The notes: generated from the sequence alone by a model not told the origin. A stretch of DNA of 64,000 nucleotides from an uncultured Bacillales bacterium (GCA_946412015.1 CAMKGA010000002.1:6930-70929), one strand, 5' to 3'; counted from the stretch's first letter, positions 1 through 9,157 are shown. Made by a program: numbers and translations.

Positions 1-1385
1 ATGATAAAGAAGAATATGGAACTGATGTAATTCTTACTATTCGTGAGGGTGAGGAATATGATACATATTTAGAAGAGTATGAAATAAGAAGATTAATTAA
101 AAAGTATTCTGATTATATTACATATCCAATAAAAATGAATGTTACAAAAAGTAGACTAAAAGAAGATTCTAAAGATGAATATGAAGAATATGAAGAAGAA
201 GAGGTTATTAATAGTTTAGTTCCAATTTGGAAACGTAATAAAAAAGATATTACTGATGAAGAATATAATACATTCTATTCTGATAAATTTTTTGATTATG
301 AAGCACCACTTGCTCATATTCATACTTTAGCAGAAGGTACTATTTCATATAATTCACTTATATATATTCCATCTCATGCTTCATTTGATTATTATTCAAA
401 AGAGTATGAAAAAGGATTACAATTATATTCAAATGGTGTATTAATAATGGAAAAGTGTGCAGATTTAGTTCCAGATTATTTTAGCTTTGTAAAAGGTGTT
501 GTAGATTCTCCAGATTTAACACTTAATATATCAAGAGAAACATTACAACAAAATAGAGTATTAAAAACTATTGAAAATGCAATTGAGAAAAAGATCAAAA
601 AAGAATTAATTGATATGCAACAAAATAAAGAAGAAGATTATTTAAAATTTTATAAAGATTTTGGTATGCAACTTAAAGTTGGTATATATAATAATTATGG
701 AATGGATAAAGAAAAAATTCAAGATTTAGTTATGTTTTATTCATCAACAAAAGAAAAATTAGTTACTTTAAATGATTATTGTACTCGTAATAAAGATTAT
801 AAAAATATATATTATGCATGTGGTGAGACTATTGATAAAATTAATTTATTACCACAAGTAGAATCATTAAAAGCTAAGAATAAAGAAATATTATATTGTA
901 CAGATTATGTAGATGAATTTGTATTTAAAACACTTGTCAAATTTGATGATAAAGAGTTTAAAAATGTATGTAGCGATTTATCTTTAGATGATGAATCTAG
1001 TAAAGAGATTGATAAATTAAATAAAAAATCTAAGGATATGTTAGATTTGATTAAAGAGGAAATAAATGTTAGTGATGTTAAATTTACTAATAAACTAAAT
1101 TCTCATCATGCAGTATGTTTATCTAATAAGGGTGAGGTATCTATAGAGATGGAAAAAGTTATGAAAGAAATGCCTATAGATAATAATGTTGAGGCAGAGA
1201 AAATTTTAGAAATTAATCAGTCTCATCCTATAGCTAAAAAATTACAAGAATTATATAAAAAAGATAAAGATAGTTTAAAAGAGTATTCAAAAATACTATA
1301 TGCTCAAGCTAGACTTATTGAAGGACTTCCTATTGAAAATCCAACAGAAATAAGTAATTTAATATGTGATTTAATGGCAAAATAA
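1..1385 (+). CDS. htpG: Molecular chaperone HtpG (Hsp90 family), C-terminal part; 5' end lies outside the window
   Basis: The frame is open from nt 3 (DKEEYGTDVILTIREGEEYDTYLEEYEIRRLIKKYSDYITYPIKM) and runs into the 135..1385 ORF. Hsp90 middle-domain motifs are present: YSDYITYPI, FYSDKF, LYSNGVLIM, VKGVVDSPDLTLNISRE. A terminator follows. Confidence 0.93.
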   Translation, partial: DKEEYGTDVILTIREGEEYDTYLEEYEIRRLIKKYSDYITYPIKMNVTKSRLKEDSKDEYEEYEEEEVINSLVPIWKRNKKDITDEEYNTFYSDKFFDYEAPLAHIHTLAEGTISYNSLIYIPSHASFDYYSKEYEKGLQLYSNGVLIMEKCADLVPDYFSFVKGVVDSPDLTLNISRETLQQNRVLKTIENAIEKKIKKELIDMQQNKEEDYLKFYKDFGMQLKVGIYNNYGMDKEKIQDLVMFYSSTKEKLVTLNDYCTRNKDYKNIYYACGETIDKINLLPQVESLKAKNKEILYCTDYVDEFVFKTLVKFDDKEFKNVCSDLSLDDESSKEIDKLNKKSKDMLDLIKEEINVSDVKFTNKLNSHHAVCLSNKGEVSIEMEKVMKEMPIDNNVEAEKILEINQSHPIAKKLQELYKKDKDSLKEYSKILYAQARLIEGLPIENPTEISNLICDLMAK

Positions 1386-1416
1386 AACTATAATGGAATT
1401 TTCATTATAGTTTTTT
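1386..1416 (+). terminator. Rho-independent terminator of htpG
   Basis: Perfect 10-bp stem AACTATAATG/CATTATAGTT (1386-1395/1403-1412) running into a T-run. Confidence 0.8.
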
Positions 1417-1418
1417 AT

Positions 1419-1447
1419 TTGACAAGCGGACATAAAAGTAGTATATT
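1419..1447 (+). promoter_or_regulatory. Sigma-A-type promoter for the 1474 ORF
   Basis: TTGACA (1419-1424), 17-nt spacer, TATATT (1442-1447). RBS AGGAGG lies before ATG 1474. Confidence 0.65.
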
Positions 1448-1473
1448 ATTTAAAATTTTTTAGGAGGAATCTT

Positions 1474-2154
1474 ATGAATGACAAGGATTTTTTATTATTA
1501 ATAAATTATTTAACTTTAATCGAAGATGGTATAACTTTCGGAATTGAAATGGCTAAAACTATAGGACAAGTAAGAAAAATCATATATTATTTAACAGGAC
1601 AAAAATTAAAATCTATCGATAAAAAATACGATGATTTATCAGTTGATGAATATTTAAATGTTGTAAGAATAAAAAGATTAGTTGAGAATAGTATTATTGA
1701 TAGTGAAATTGGTTGCAAGTTAGTGAAGTTATATTACACTTATTTGGATAATGAATATAAGAAAGAATCAATAATTTTAGCTGAGTATCGTAAAATATCT
1801 GAAGAGCACAAGAAAACATTGCCAAATATTTGGATGGCCTTAAAAAACTTTACATTAGTTAAGGAATTAGATGGTAATAAGGATCTACACATTATTGATG
1901 CTAGACAAAAGGATATATTGGCATTAATATCATTATTCTCTGTTCCAAAAAAGTTTTATTGTAAGGCAAGTCTTACTTCTTTATTTTCAAATGATATTGA
2001 TCCTGTTTCTTATGAGGTTGAGCAAGTTTTTGATTTAAATTATGCTTTAAATATTGATTATTCACTTAAAGATGTAGATGATATTAGAGATAAAACGAAA
2101 ACACTTAATATTGCAGCTAGCAATAAGTTTAAAAAAGATATTAAAAATTTATAA
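1474..2154 (+). CDS. Hypothetical protein (226 aa), no recognisable motif
   Basis: Long ORF with strong RBS (TAGGAGGAATCTT-ATG), its own promoter, and a shared bidirectional hairpin (stem 2157-2166/2174-2183) at the 3' end. Confidence 0.7.
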   Translation: MNDKDFLLLINYLTLIEDGITFGIEMAKTIGQVRKIIYYLTGQKLKSIDKKYDDLSVDEYLNVVRIKRLVENSIIDSEIGCKLVKLYYTYLDNEYKKESIILAEYRKISEEHKKTLPNIWMALKNFTLVKELDGNKDLHIIDARQKDILALISLFSVPKKFYCKASLTSLFSNDIDPVSYEVEQVFDLNYALNIDYSLKDVDDIRDKTKTLNIAASNKFKKDIKNL

Positions 2155-2185
2155 AAACTATTATAGAATTTTACTATAATAGTTT

Positions 2186-3964
2186 TTATATTTTTATTTC
2201 TATATTATACTTTTCTATCCATAAATCAAATTGATATAAATAAGCAATTAATTGTGGTTTTGTCATTAACTGTCCAAACCACGGAATTACATAATCAGTA
2301 TTATCATCAAGTAATATATTAATTTCATCTATATTAAATATTTTACTTAAATTGTTATTTTTTAATCTTGATTTTAATAAAATTTTTACTTCATTTAAAA
2401 AGTAAGGATGATGAGTTTTAGGATATGGATTTTTCTTCCTATATAATATTTCATCTGGAATAACACCTTTAAATGCCTCTCTTAGTAAATATTTTTCTTG
2501 ATTATTTTTATACTTATAACTAAATGGTAAATTCCATAAATATTCAATCAACTTAGTATCTGCAAACGGCACTCTTGCTTCTATAGTAGCTCCCATAGTC
2601 ATTCTATCTTTTCTATCAAGTAGGGTAGTCATAAAATGTGTCATATTTATATAAAATAGTCTTTTATACTTATTCTTTCTATCTTTTCTATTTAGTTCTT
2701 TAATCATTCTTTTATATTCTTTTTTTATAGTTTTTTCTAAATTAATATTTATATTCTTATTAATTAACTTTTGTCTATATTCTATATTATTAATCCAAGG
2801 AAATATGTTATTTAACTCATCTTTATAAAACCATGGATATCCACCAAATATTTCATCTGCAACCTCACCACTTAATATAACTTTATAATCCTTAGATATT
2901 TCTTTAGAAAACCAGTATAGTGATGAGTCTATATCTGTCATTCCTGGATAGTCTCGCAAAAATAATGTATCATCAAGTAATTTTACAACATCTTTTTGAT
3001 TAATAGTTTTATATTTATGATTAGTATTAAATGTTTTACTCATTAACTCTATATATTTTTTATCTTCTGATACAGTAAAATTATTTTTTTTAAAATATTT
3101 ACTATTATCTTCATAGTCAATTGAATATGTTGTAAGATTATCCTTTGAATTAATCGCACATATCGCACTAATTATACTAGAATCCAGCCCTCCTGATAGT
3201 AAAGTTGCAATTCTTGTATCTGATACCATTTGTCTTTTTATAGAACTTGTAACTAAATTATATACTTTATCTTTAGCCTCATCAAACGAGTCAGTACACT
3301 TTTTACTTTTTAACTTCCAATATCTTTTTATTTTTATACGTCCCTTTTTATATATTAAATAATGTGCTGGCCTTAATTCATATATATCTTTAAAAACGCC
3401 ACTACCACTTTTTCTAGAAGGACCTAGAGCTAAGAGATTAGCTAATTCTTTTTTTGTTAATATAGGTCTTACTAATTTACTTTTTAAAATAGGCCTAATC
3501 ATAGATGAAAATATAAATTTCTTTTTTATTTTAGAATAAAATAATGGTTTTACTCCAAATCTATCACGTGCTAAAAATAATTCTTTTGTTTTTTTATTAT
3601 ATATTGCGAATGCAAAAATGCCTTCTAGTTTATTAAGAATTTTCTTTTTATATTCTGCATATCCTTTTAGTATTACTTCTGTATCACTAGTTGTTGAAAA
3701 TGTATAACCTTTATTTAAAAGATCATTTTTTATCTCTTCAGAATTATATACCTCACCATTGTAAACAATTATATAATTTTTAAAAAACATAGGTTGGCTA
3801 CCATTTTTTAAGTCTCTAATTGCTAGTCTTTTATGACCTAATGATACATTTTTATTAAAATAATATCCTGTTGAATCTTTTCCTCTGTTTTTCATTAAAT
3901 CAAGCATTTCTTTAAATAGATTATGATCTATATTACTGTTTAATACACCTAATATCGCACACAT
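2186..3964 (-). CDS. asnB: Asparagine synthase (glutamine-hydrolysing)
   Basis: N-terminal MCAILG (Ntn Cys2 of class-II amidotransferases), RGKDSTG, YNGEVYN. The synthetase domain has SGGLDSS (PP-loop) and LSGEVADEIFGGY. Confidence 0.93.
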   Translation of the reverse strand: MCAILGVLNSNIDHNLFKEMLDLMKNRGKDSTGYYFNKNVSLGHKRLAIRDLKNGSQPMFFKNYIIVYNGEVYNSEEIKNDLLNKGYTFSTTSDTEVILKGYAEYKKKILNKLEGIFAFAIYNKKTKELFLARDRFGVKPLFYSKIKKKFIFSSMIRPILKSKLVRPILTKKELANLLALGPSRKSGSGVFKDIYELRPAHYLIYKKGRIKIKRYWKLKSKKCTDSFDEAKDKVYNLVTSSIKRQMVSDTRIATLLSGGLDSSIISAICAINSKDNLTTYSIDYEDNSKYFKKNNFTVSEDKKYIELMSKTFNTNHKYKTINQKDVVKLLDDTLFLRDYPGMTDIDSSLYWFSKEISKDYKVILSGEVADEIFGGYPWFYKDELNNIFPWINNIEYRQKLINKNININLEKTIKKEYKRMIKELNRKDRKNKYKRLFYINMTHFMTTLLDRKDRMTMGATIEARVPFADTKLIEYLWNLPFSYKYKNNQEKYLLREAFKGVIPDEILYRKKNPYPKTHHPYFLNEVKILLKSRLKNNNLSKIFNIDEINILLDDNTDYVIPWFGQLMTKPQLIAYLYQFDLWIEKYNIEIKI

Positions 3965-4047
3965 AATATCACCTATAATAACATATGATATAGTTTAAAT
4001 ATTGTCACATAAAATACTTTTTTAAATATTATAAAGTGAGGTGTGTT

Positions 4048-4782
4048 ATGAAAATATTGTTTTTAGGTAGGGATAATCGTTATGATATTTTAATTGATAA
4101 TCTAAAGAATAAGTATGATATATATTGTTTAGGTTATGGATATAGAAAAGATGTAAAAATAGGAGACATTAGTAATATAAATAATTATGATATTATTGTA
4201 CTTCCTATGAGTGGATTTAAAAATAACAAAGTAGATATATTTAGACTACCTAGTAATTTTTTTGATGACTTTAAAGGAATTATTTATACAGGATTCAAAG
4301 GTAATTTAAAGGGGAATGTTATAAGCTTTTTATCAGATAATGATATTGTTTTAGAAAATACAAAAATTACAGTAGATGGTATTATAGATAAAATAAGTAA
4401 TTATAATATTAATAATGTATGTATATTAGGTTATGGTAATATAGGCTCTATTTTATATGATAAAATAAAAGATAAGTATACTGTTTATGTTGGAGTAAAT
4501 AAAAAGGTTGATATTAAACATACATTTAAAACTGATAATTATATTGATATGGAAAAAATATTTTTAAATAGTGATATTATAATTAATACAGTACCATCTC
4601 ATATTATTCCAAAGTATATATTAGAAAAAATAAATTGCTATTTTTTAGATGTTGCATCATATCCTTATGCAATTAATAAAGAAGATATTAATAATTATTC
4701 TTTTAAATATGAACTTTATTCTCAAATACCTAGTAAGTATGATCCAAAAAGAGCTGGAAAAATACTTCTTAAAAAATTTTAG
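4048..4782 (+). CDS. dpaA: Dipicolinate synthase subunit A (SpoVFA/DpaA-like)
   Basis: Rossmann motif ILGYGNIGS. It lies immediately upstream of and is coupled to dpaB. ATG 4048 follows GTGAGGTG; the track's GTG 4036 start is probably too early. It looks shorter than the SpoVFA proteins I recall. Confidence 0.75.
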   Translation: MKILFLGRDNRYDILIDNLKNKYDIYCLGYGYRKDVKIGDISNINNYDIIVLPMSGFKNNKVDIFRLPSNFFDDFKGIIYTGFKGNLKGNVISFLSDNDIVLENTKITVDGIIDKISNYNINNVCILGYGNIGSILYDKIKDKYTVYVGVNKKVDIKHTFKTDNYIDMEKIFLNSDIIINTVPSHIIPKYILEKINCYFLDVASYPYAINKEDINNYSFKYELYSQIPSKYDPKRAGKILLKKF

Positions 4783-4790
4783 GAGGAATT

Positions 4791-5372
4791 ATGAAAATAG
4801 GTTTCGCAATTACTTCATCTTTTTGTACTTTAGATAAAGTTTTAAAAGAGGTTGCTAGTTTAAAAACTTTAGGTTATGATATATATCCTATAGTATCAGA
4901 AAATATAGTAAAATATGATACCAGATTTGGCAAATCAAAAGATTTTATAGATAAATTAGAGAAAATATGTGAACATAATGTTGCATCAAATATAGTCGAG
5001 GCTGAAACATTTGGACCTAAAAATAAAATGGATGTAATGGTAGTTATGCCAGCTACGGGTGATTTTTTGGGTAAGATGGCAAATGGTATTACTGATAATC
5101 CAGTTAATTTAGCAGTAAAAGCAACTATGCGCAATAACAAGCCTATAGTTATTGCTGTATCTACTAATGATGGGCTTGGTTTAAGTGGAGAAAATATTAT
5201 GAAGCTTTATAATAATAAGAATGTATATTTTGTGCCATTTGGGCAAGATAATTATAAAGATAAACCAAATTCTTTAATTGCTCATTATGATATGTTACTG
5301 CCTACTATTGAGCATGCTTTAAATAATAGTCAAATTCAACCTGTAATAAAAGAGTATAAAAAGATAAAATAA
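4791..5372 (+). CDS. dpaB: Dipicolinate synthase subunit B (SpoVFB/DpaB, flavoprotein family)
   Basis: Collinear with my recollection of B. subtilis SpoVFB: IGFAITSSFCT, MPATGDFLGKMANGITDNPV, KATMRNNKPIVIAVSTNDGLGLSGENIMKL, VYFVPFGQDNYKDKPNSLIA. Confidence 0.9.
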   Translation: MKIGFAITSSFCTLDKVLKEVASLKTLGYDIYPIVSENIVKYDTRFGKSKDFIDKLEKICEHNVASNIVEAETFGPKNKMDVMVVMPATGDFLGKMANGITDNPVNLAVKATMRNNKPIVIAVSTNDGLGLSGENIMKLYNNKNVYFVPFGQDNYKDKPNSLIAHYDMLLPTIEHALNNSQIQPVIKEYKKIK

Positions 5373-5437
5373 TTCTCATTTTTGAGAATTTTTTTTAAGA
5401 TAAAAAAAGTGTTATAATTTTATGGGGAGGGATTATT

Positions 5438-6253
5438 ATGTATTGTACGAATTGTGGTACTGATAATAGTAAGGATTCTCTATTTTGTAAAAGATGTGGA
5501 TATAGTTTAGTTGAGAGTTATTTAAATAATACAAAAGAAACTACTACTAATAAAAAAAAGATAAATAATATTACAAAAAATTATAATAAGAAGAAAGTAG
5601 TAAATAAGAATATTGTAAAAAATAAAAATAAAAATAAAAAGAATAAGAAAAATAAAGATAATACCAAATATGCAGAAAGAGTAGAAGTAGTAAGGAAAAT
5701 GACTTTTTTTCAAAAATTTATGTTTTTTTTATTAGTGTTAGTTATTTTAGTACTAATTGGAGTTACTACTGTTATGGGATTATATATATTTTCTAAAAAA
5801 ACAGTATTAGTACCTGATGTAGTTGGGATGAATTATGATGAAGCAAGAAATGAATTAGAAAATAATAGTTTTAAAGTATCTAAAAAAGAGGTAGAAGGAG
5901 ATTTAGATATAGTACTTAGACAAAATAGAAAAAGTGGTACATATGTTATAAAAGGCAGTACAATTATTCTAACGGTAGGAATAGAAGATAAATATTTACC
6001 TAATTTATTAAATATGAGTGAAAGTGCAGCTATATCTATTTTAGAGGATTATAATATTCAATATGAAATTGAGTATGTAGAAAATGGCGAAGAAGTTGTC
6101 TTATACCAGAGTTATAAAGAAGGCACTAAAGTTAAAAATATTAAGAAAATAAAATTAAAAATTGGTAAAATTACAGATAAAAGTAGTAGTAATGAACATG
6201 ATAGTAAAGATACAGAAAATTTAAAAGAGGATAATATAGATGTTGATAATTAA
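5438..6253 (+). CDS. Zinc-ribbon / Lys-Asn-rich linker / TM / two PASTA-like domains protein
   Basis: N-terminal CTNCG...CKRCG zinc ribbon, a poly-K/N linker, the TM segment FFQKFMFFLLVLVILVLIGVTTVMGLYIF, then VPDVVGMNYDEARNELE and LPNLLNMSESAAISILE (PASTA-like starts). No kinase or transpeptidase domain. Confidence 0.7.
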   Translation: MYCTNCGTDNSKDSLFCKRCGYSLVESYLNNTKETTTNKKKINNITKNYNKKKVVNKNIVKNKNKNKKNKKNKDNTKYAERVEVVRKMTFFQKFMFFLLVLVILVLIGVTTVMGLYIFSKKTVLVPDVVGMNYDEARNELENNSFKVSKKEVEGDLDIVLRQNRKSGTYVIKGSTIILTVGIEDKYLPNLLNMSESAAISILEDYNIQYEIEYVENGEEVVLYQSYKEGTKVKNIKKIKLKIGKITDKSSSNEHDSKDTENLKEDNIDVDN

Positions 6254-6307
6254 AGTACTGATATGTACTTTTTTTATTTATGAAAAAAAGATAAAACAAT
6301 TAAAAAC

Positions 6308-6319
6308 ATACAAATGTTC
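6308..6319. promoter_or_regulatory. Possible LexA (Cheo-type) box upstream of recA
   Basis: ATACAAATGTTC, whose reverse complement is GAACATTTGTAT, against GAAC-N4-GTTC. One half-site is exact and the other is degenerate. It abuts the recA -35. Confidence 0.3.
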
Positions 6320-6329
6320 GGTAAAACTG

Positions 6330-6358
6330 TTGACAATAAAAATTTATTATTATATAAT
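6330..6358 (+). promoter_or_regulatory. recA promoter
   Basis: TTGACA (6330-6335), 17-nt spacer, TATAAT (6353-6358). Confidence 0.75.
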
Positions 6359-6387
6359 GAGCTTAGCTAATAGGGAGGAAAACAATT

Positions 6388-7407
6388 ATGGCAAAAGAAG
6401 CTGACAAAACATTAGAGCAAGTAATGAAGGATATAGAAAAACAGTTTGGTAAAGGAGCTGTTATGAAACTAGGAGAACATGCCAACCAAAAAGTGGAAGT
6501 TATTTCTAGTGGATCAATAACCTTAGATACAGCTTTAGGTATAGGAGGATATCCAAAGGGGAGAATAATAGAAATATATGGACCTGAGTCAAGTGGTAAA
6601 ACTACATTTGCTCTTCATGCAATAGCAGAAGCTCAAAAAAATGGTGGTAGAGCTGCTTTTATCGATGCAGAACATGCGTTAGATCCAGTTTATGCATCAA
6701 AACTTGGAGTTAATATTAACGATTTACTTTTATCACAACCAGATAATGGAGAGCAAGCACTAGAAATATGTGAGGCATTAGTTAGAAGTGGAGCAATTAG
6801 TATTATCGTAATAGATAGTGTTGCTGCACTAGTTCCACAAGCCGAAATTGAAGGTGAGATGGGAGACAGTCATGTTGGGCTCCAGGCAAGATTAATGTCA
6901 CAAGCATTAAGAAAATTATCTGGTGTTATTAATAAAACAAATACGGTTGCTATATTTATTAATCAGTTACGTGAGAAAGTAGGGGTTATGTTTGGAAACC
7001 CTGAGGTTACTCCTGGAGGTAGAGCTTTAAAGTTTTATTCCTCTGTACGTTTAGAGATTAGACGCGGTGAACAAATTAAACTTGGAACAGATATAATTGG
7101 TAATAAAGCAAATATAAAAGTAGTAAAAAATAAAATGGCACCACCTTTTAAAAGTTGTTCTGTTGATATTATGTATGGAACAGGTATATCTAAATATGGA
7201 GAACTTGTAGATTTAGGTGCTCAAGCAAATGTAATTGAAAAAAGTGGTGCATGGTATTCTTATAATGGTGAAAAGATTGGTCAAGGAAAAGAGAATACTA
7301 AGGAGTGGTTAAAGAAAAATCCTGATGTAACTAAGAAAATTGCCCAAGAGGTTAGAAAGTTTTTTGCGAGTAGCGATACTTTAGAAATAGGAAAAACAGA
7401 AAATTAG
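6388..7407 (+). CDS. recA: Recombinase RecA
   Basis: GPESSGKTT (Walker A), [35 protein letters not shown]. Full-length collinearity with RecA. Confidence 0.98.
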   Translation: MAKEADKTLEQVMKDIEKQFGKGAVMKLGEHANQKVEVISSGSITLDTALGIGGYPKGRIIEIYGPESSGKTTFALHAIAEAQKNGGRAAFIDAEHALDPVYASKLGVNINDLLLSQPDNGEQALEICEALVRSGAISIIVIDSVAALVPQAEIEGEMGDSHVGLQARLMSQALRKLSGVINKTNTVAIFINQLREKVGVMFGNPEVTPGGRALKFYSSVRLEIRRGEQIKLGTDIIGNKANIKVVKNKMAPPFKSCSVDIMYGTGISKYGELVDLGAQANVIEKSGAWYSYNGEKIGQGKENTKEWLKKNPDVTKKIAQEVRKFFASSDTLEIGKTEN

Positions 7408-7555
7408 TTTTTTCTTTTTTGATGTTTATTTTTAATAAATTATAATTAAATAAAGTTAATTAATTTGAAATTCGACAAAATTTGATAATTGACATGCTTA
7501 TAATATTATTATAAAATTAATTTATGGGAAGAAGATAAGTCAGTGTGGAGGAAAA

Positions 7556-7825
7556 ATGTGTAATGATATAAGCAAATTAAAATTTACTTTGACAAAGGAA
7601 ATGACTTATATGATGATTCAAATAAATAATTTAAATAAGGAAAAAGATTTGCTTGAATCACAACTTAAACTTTATAAAAATTCAATTCACTATCATGAAT
7701 TAAATAATTCAAAAAAGAAATTAGAAAGAAAAATAAATAGAATAAAAAAACAGTTTATAAATGAGTTCCAAAAAGAGAATAAAATTGAAATAGAAAAATA
7801 TTGGCAAATAAGAAGTATGAAATGA
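7556..7825 (+). CDS. Hypothetical small coiled-coil protein (89 aa)
   Basis: RBS GGAGGAAAA-ATG and a heptad-like K/E/L-rich sequence. It lies upstream of the STAS/sigma pair. Confidence 0.5.
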   Translation: MCNDISKLKFTLTKEMTYMMIQINNLNKEKDLLESQLKLYKNSIHYHELNNSKKKLERKINRIKKQFINEFQKENKIEIEKYWQIRSMK

Positions 7826-7899
7826 TACTTCTTATTTTTTATATCTTATTTTGTCGATTGTGTATAAGAACAAAATAATTAATCAAAATGTATTAGAAG

Positions 7900-8250
7900 G
7901 TGATAAATTTGAGAATAAATACAGAATATAGAAATGGAATACTTTTTGTAAGATTAAAGGGAAATCTTATTAGTAAAAATGTGGATTTAATGAATAAAAA
8001 GGTTACAAATCTTATATATCGAGCTGGTATTAGAAACGTAGTTTTTAATTTTGAAAAAATGAATAGAATTGATTGTAAAGGTATAAATTTGCTTTTATAT
8101 AATTATGAATTAGTAAAAAAGAATGATGGAAATATTTTTATATGTGGTGATAATGAAACGGTAAGAAAAACTTTAAGATATAATCACGTTTTTAAGTATA
8201 TTGCTGAGATAAATGATGAATTATGTGCGATGAATTTAATGAAAGGATAA
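7900..8250 (+). CDS. STAS-domain anti-sigma-factor antagonist-like protein (SpoIIAA-like, with Cys at the phospho-acceptor position)
   Basis: Aligns with B. subtilis SpoIIAA as I recall it: IRNVVFNFEKMNRIDCKGINLLL against [23 protein letters not shown]. The gene is 4 nt upstream of a SigF/G-type sigma gene. The start could be GTG 7900 or TTG 7909. Confidence 0.75.
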   Translation: MINLRINTEYRNGILFVRLKGNLISKNVDLMNKKVTNLIYRAGIRNVVFNFEKMNRIDCKGINLLLYNYELVKKNDGNIFICGDNETVRKTLRYNHVFKYIAEINDELCAMNLMKG

Positions 8251-8254
8251 TATT

Positions 8255-8905
8255 ATGAATATTGAAAGTGTTATTAATGATAATAAAAGATTAGTTTATG
8301 CAATTGCTTCGTCTTTTCCTAATTATAAAAATAAAGAAGACTTATATCAAGCAGGATATCTTGGTATTATAAAAGCATTCAATAATTTTGATCCGAGTTT
8401 AAATTGTAAGTTTTCAACTTATGCATATACATATATTTTAGGAGAAATGAAAAAAGTAATAAGGGAAGATAAAGGATATAAAGTAAGTAGAAGTATAAGT
8501 AAAATTAATTTATTGATTGAAAAAGCATATATCATTTTAAGTCAAAAACTAATGAGAAATCCATCAATACAAGAGATTGCTAGTTATTTAAATGAAGATG
8601 AATATACTATAAGTGAGGCAATTATGAGCAGCAATGTTATTATGAGTATTGATGAACCTATATTAGATGATGCAAATTGTACTTTACAAGAAGTAATAGG
8701 CAAAAGTGATAATATTGATGATTTAATTCTTTTAAAAGAAAGTATGCTTAAATTAAATGATACAGATAGAGAACTTATAAATAATAGATATATGAAAGAT
8801 TATACACAAACGGAAACATCTAATTTAATGAATATGTCACAGGTACAAGTATCGAGAAAAGAAAAAAAGATACTTAAAAAACTGAAATATGAAATGATGG
8901 TTTAA
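8255..8905 (+). CDS. Sporulation-type sigma-70 family factor (SigF/SigG-like)
   Basis: FSTYAYTYILGEMKKVIRED, YKVSRSISKI, PSIQEIASYL and YTQTETSNLMNMSQVQVSRKEKKILKKLK closely parallel SigF regions 2-4. The STAS gene lies directly upstream. Confidence 0.85.
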   Translation: MNIESVINDNKRLVYAIASSFPNYKNKEDLYQAGYLGIIKAFNNFDPSLNCKFSTYAYTYILGEMKKVIREDKGYKVSRSISKINLLIEKAYIILSQKLMRNPSIQEIASYLNEDEYTISEAIMSSNVIMSIDEPILDDANCTLQEVIGKSDNIDDLILLKESMLKLNDTDRELINNRYMKDYTQTETSNLMNMSQVQVSRKEKKILKKLKYEMMV

Positions 8906-8962
8906 ATCTTCACTGTTTGTATAATTTTTAATATCTTTTTTTTGTTTTAGCTAAAAAAATTA

Positions 8963-8991
8963 TTGTCATAAATTAATAAATGTGCTATAAT
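8963..8991 (+). promoter_or_regulatory. Promoter of tRNA-Ser
   Basis: TTGTCA (8963-8968), 17-nt spacer, TATAAT (8986-8991), about 18 nt before the tRNA 5' end. Confidence 0.7.
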
Positions 8992-9008
8992 TCTATATGT
9001 AGCCAGAT

Positions 9009-9099
9009 GGAGTGGTACTCAAGAGGCTGAAGAGGCGCCCCTGCTAAGGGTGTAGACCGGGCAACTGGTGCGAGGGTTCAAATCCCTCCCACTCCGCCA
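9009..9099 (+). tRNA. tRNA-Ser (anticodon GCU), long variable arm, encoded CCA
   Basis: Acceptor GGAGTGG pairs with CCACTCC, followed by G and CCA. D-arm GTACTCAAGAGGCTGAAGAG. Anticodon loop CT-GCT-AA. Long variable arm GGTGTAGACCGGGCAACTGGTGC. T-arm GAGGG-TTCAAAT-CCCTC. The segment is GC-rich in an AT-rich background. Confidence 0.95.
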
Positions 9100-9138
9100 T
9101 TAGAAAAAATAAAACGTAAAGTTATAAAAATACTTGCG

Positions 9139-9157
9139 TTTTTTTTTTTTTTTTTTT
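9139..9157 (+). repeat. T19 homopolymer (terminator tail of the tRNA, abutting and overlapping the -35 of the pilin-like gene)
   Basis: Counted directly as 19 consecutive T. The paralogous locus has T8 at the same place (60907-60914). Confidence 0.95.

Noticed and set aside
5520-5700. An A-rich, quasi-repetitive stretch (AAAAATAAAAATAAAAAGAATAAGAAAAATAAAG).
   Set aside because: It is in-frame Lys/Asn low-complexity coding sequence of the PASTA protein linker and not a discrete DNA repeat element.
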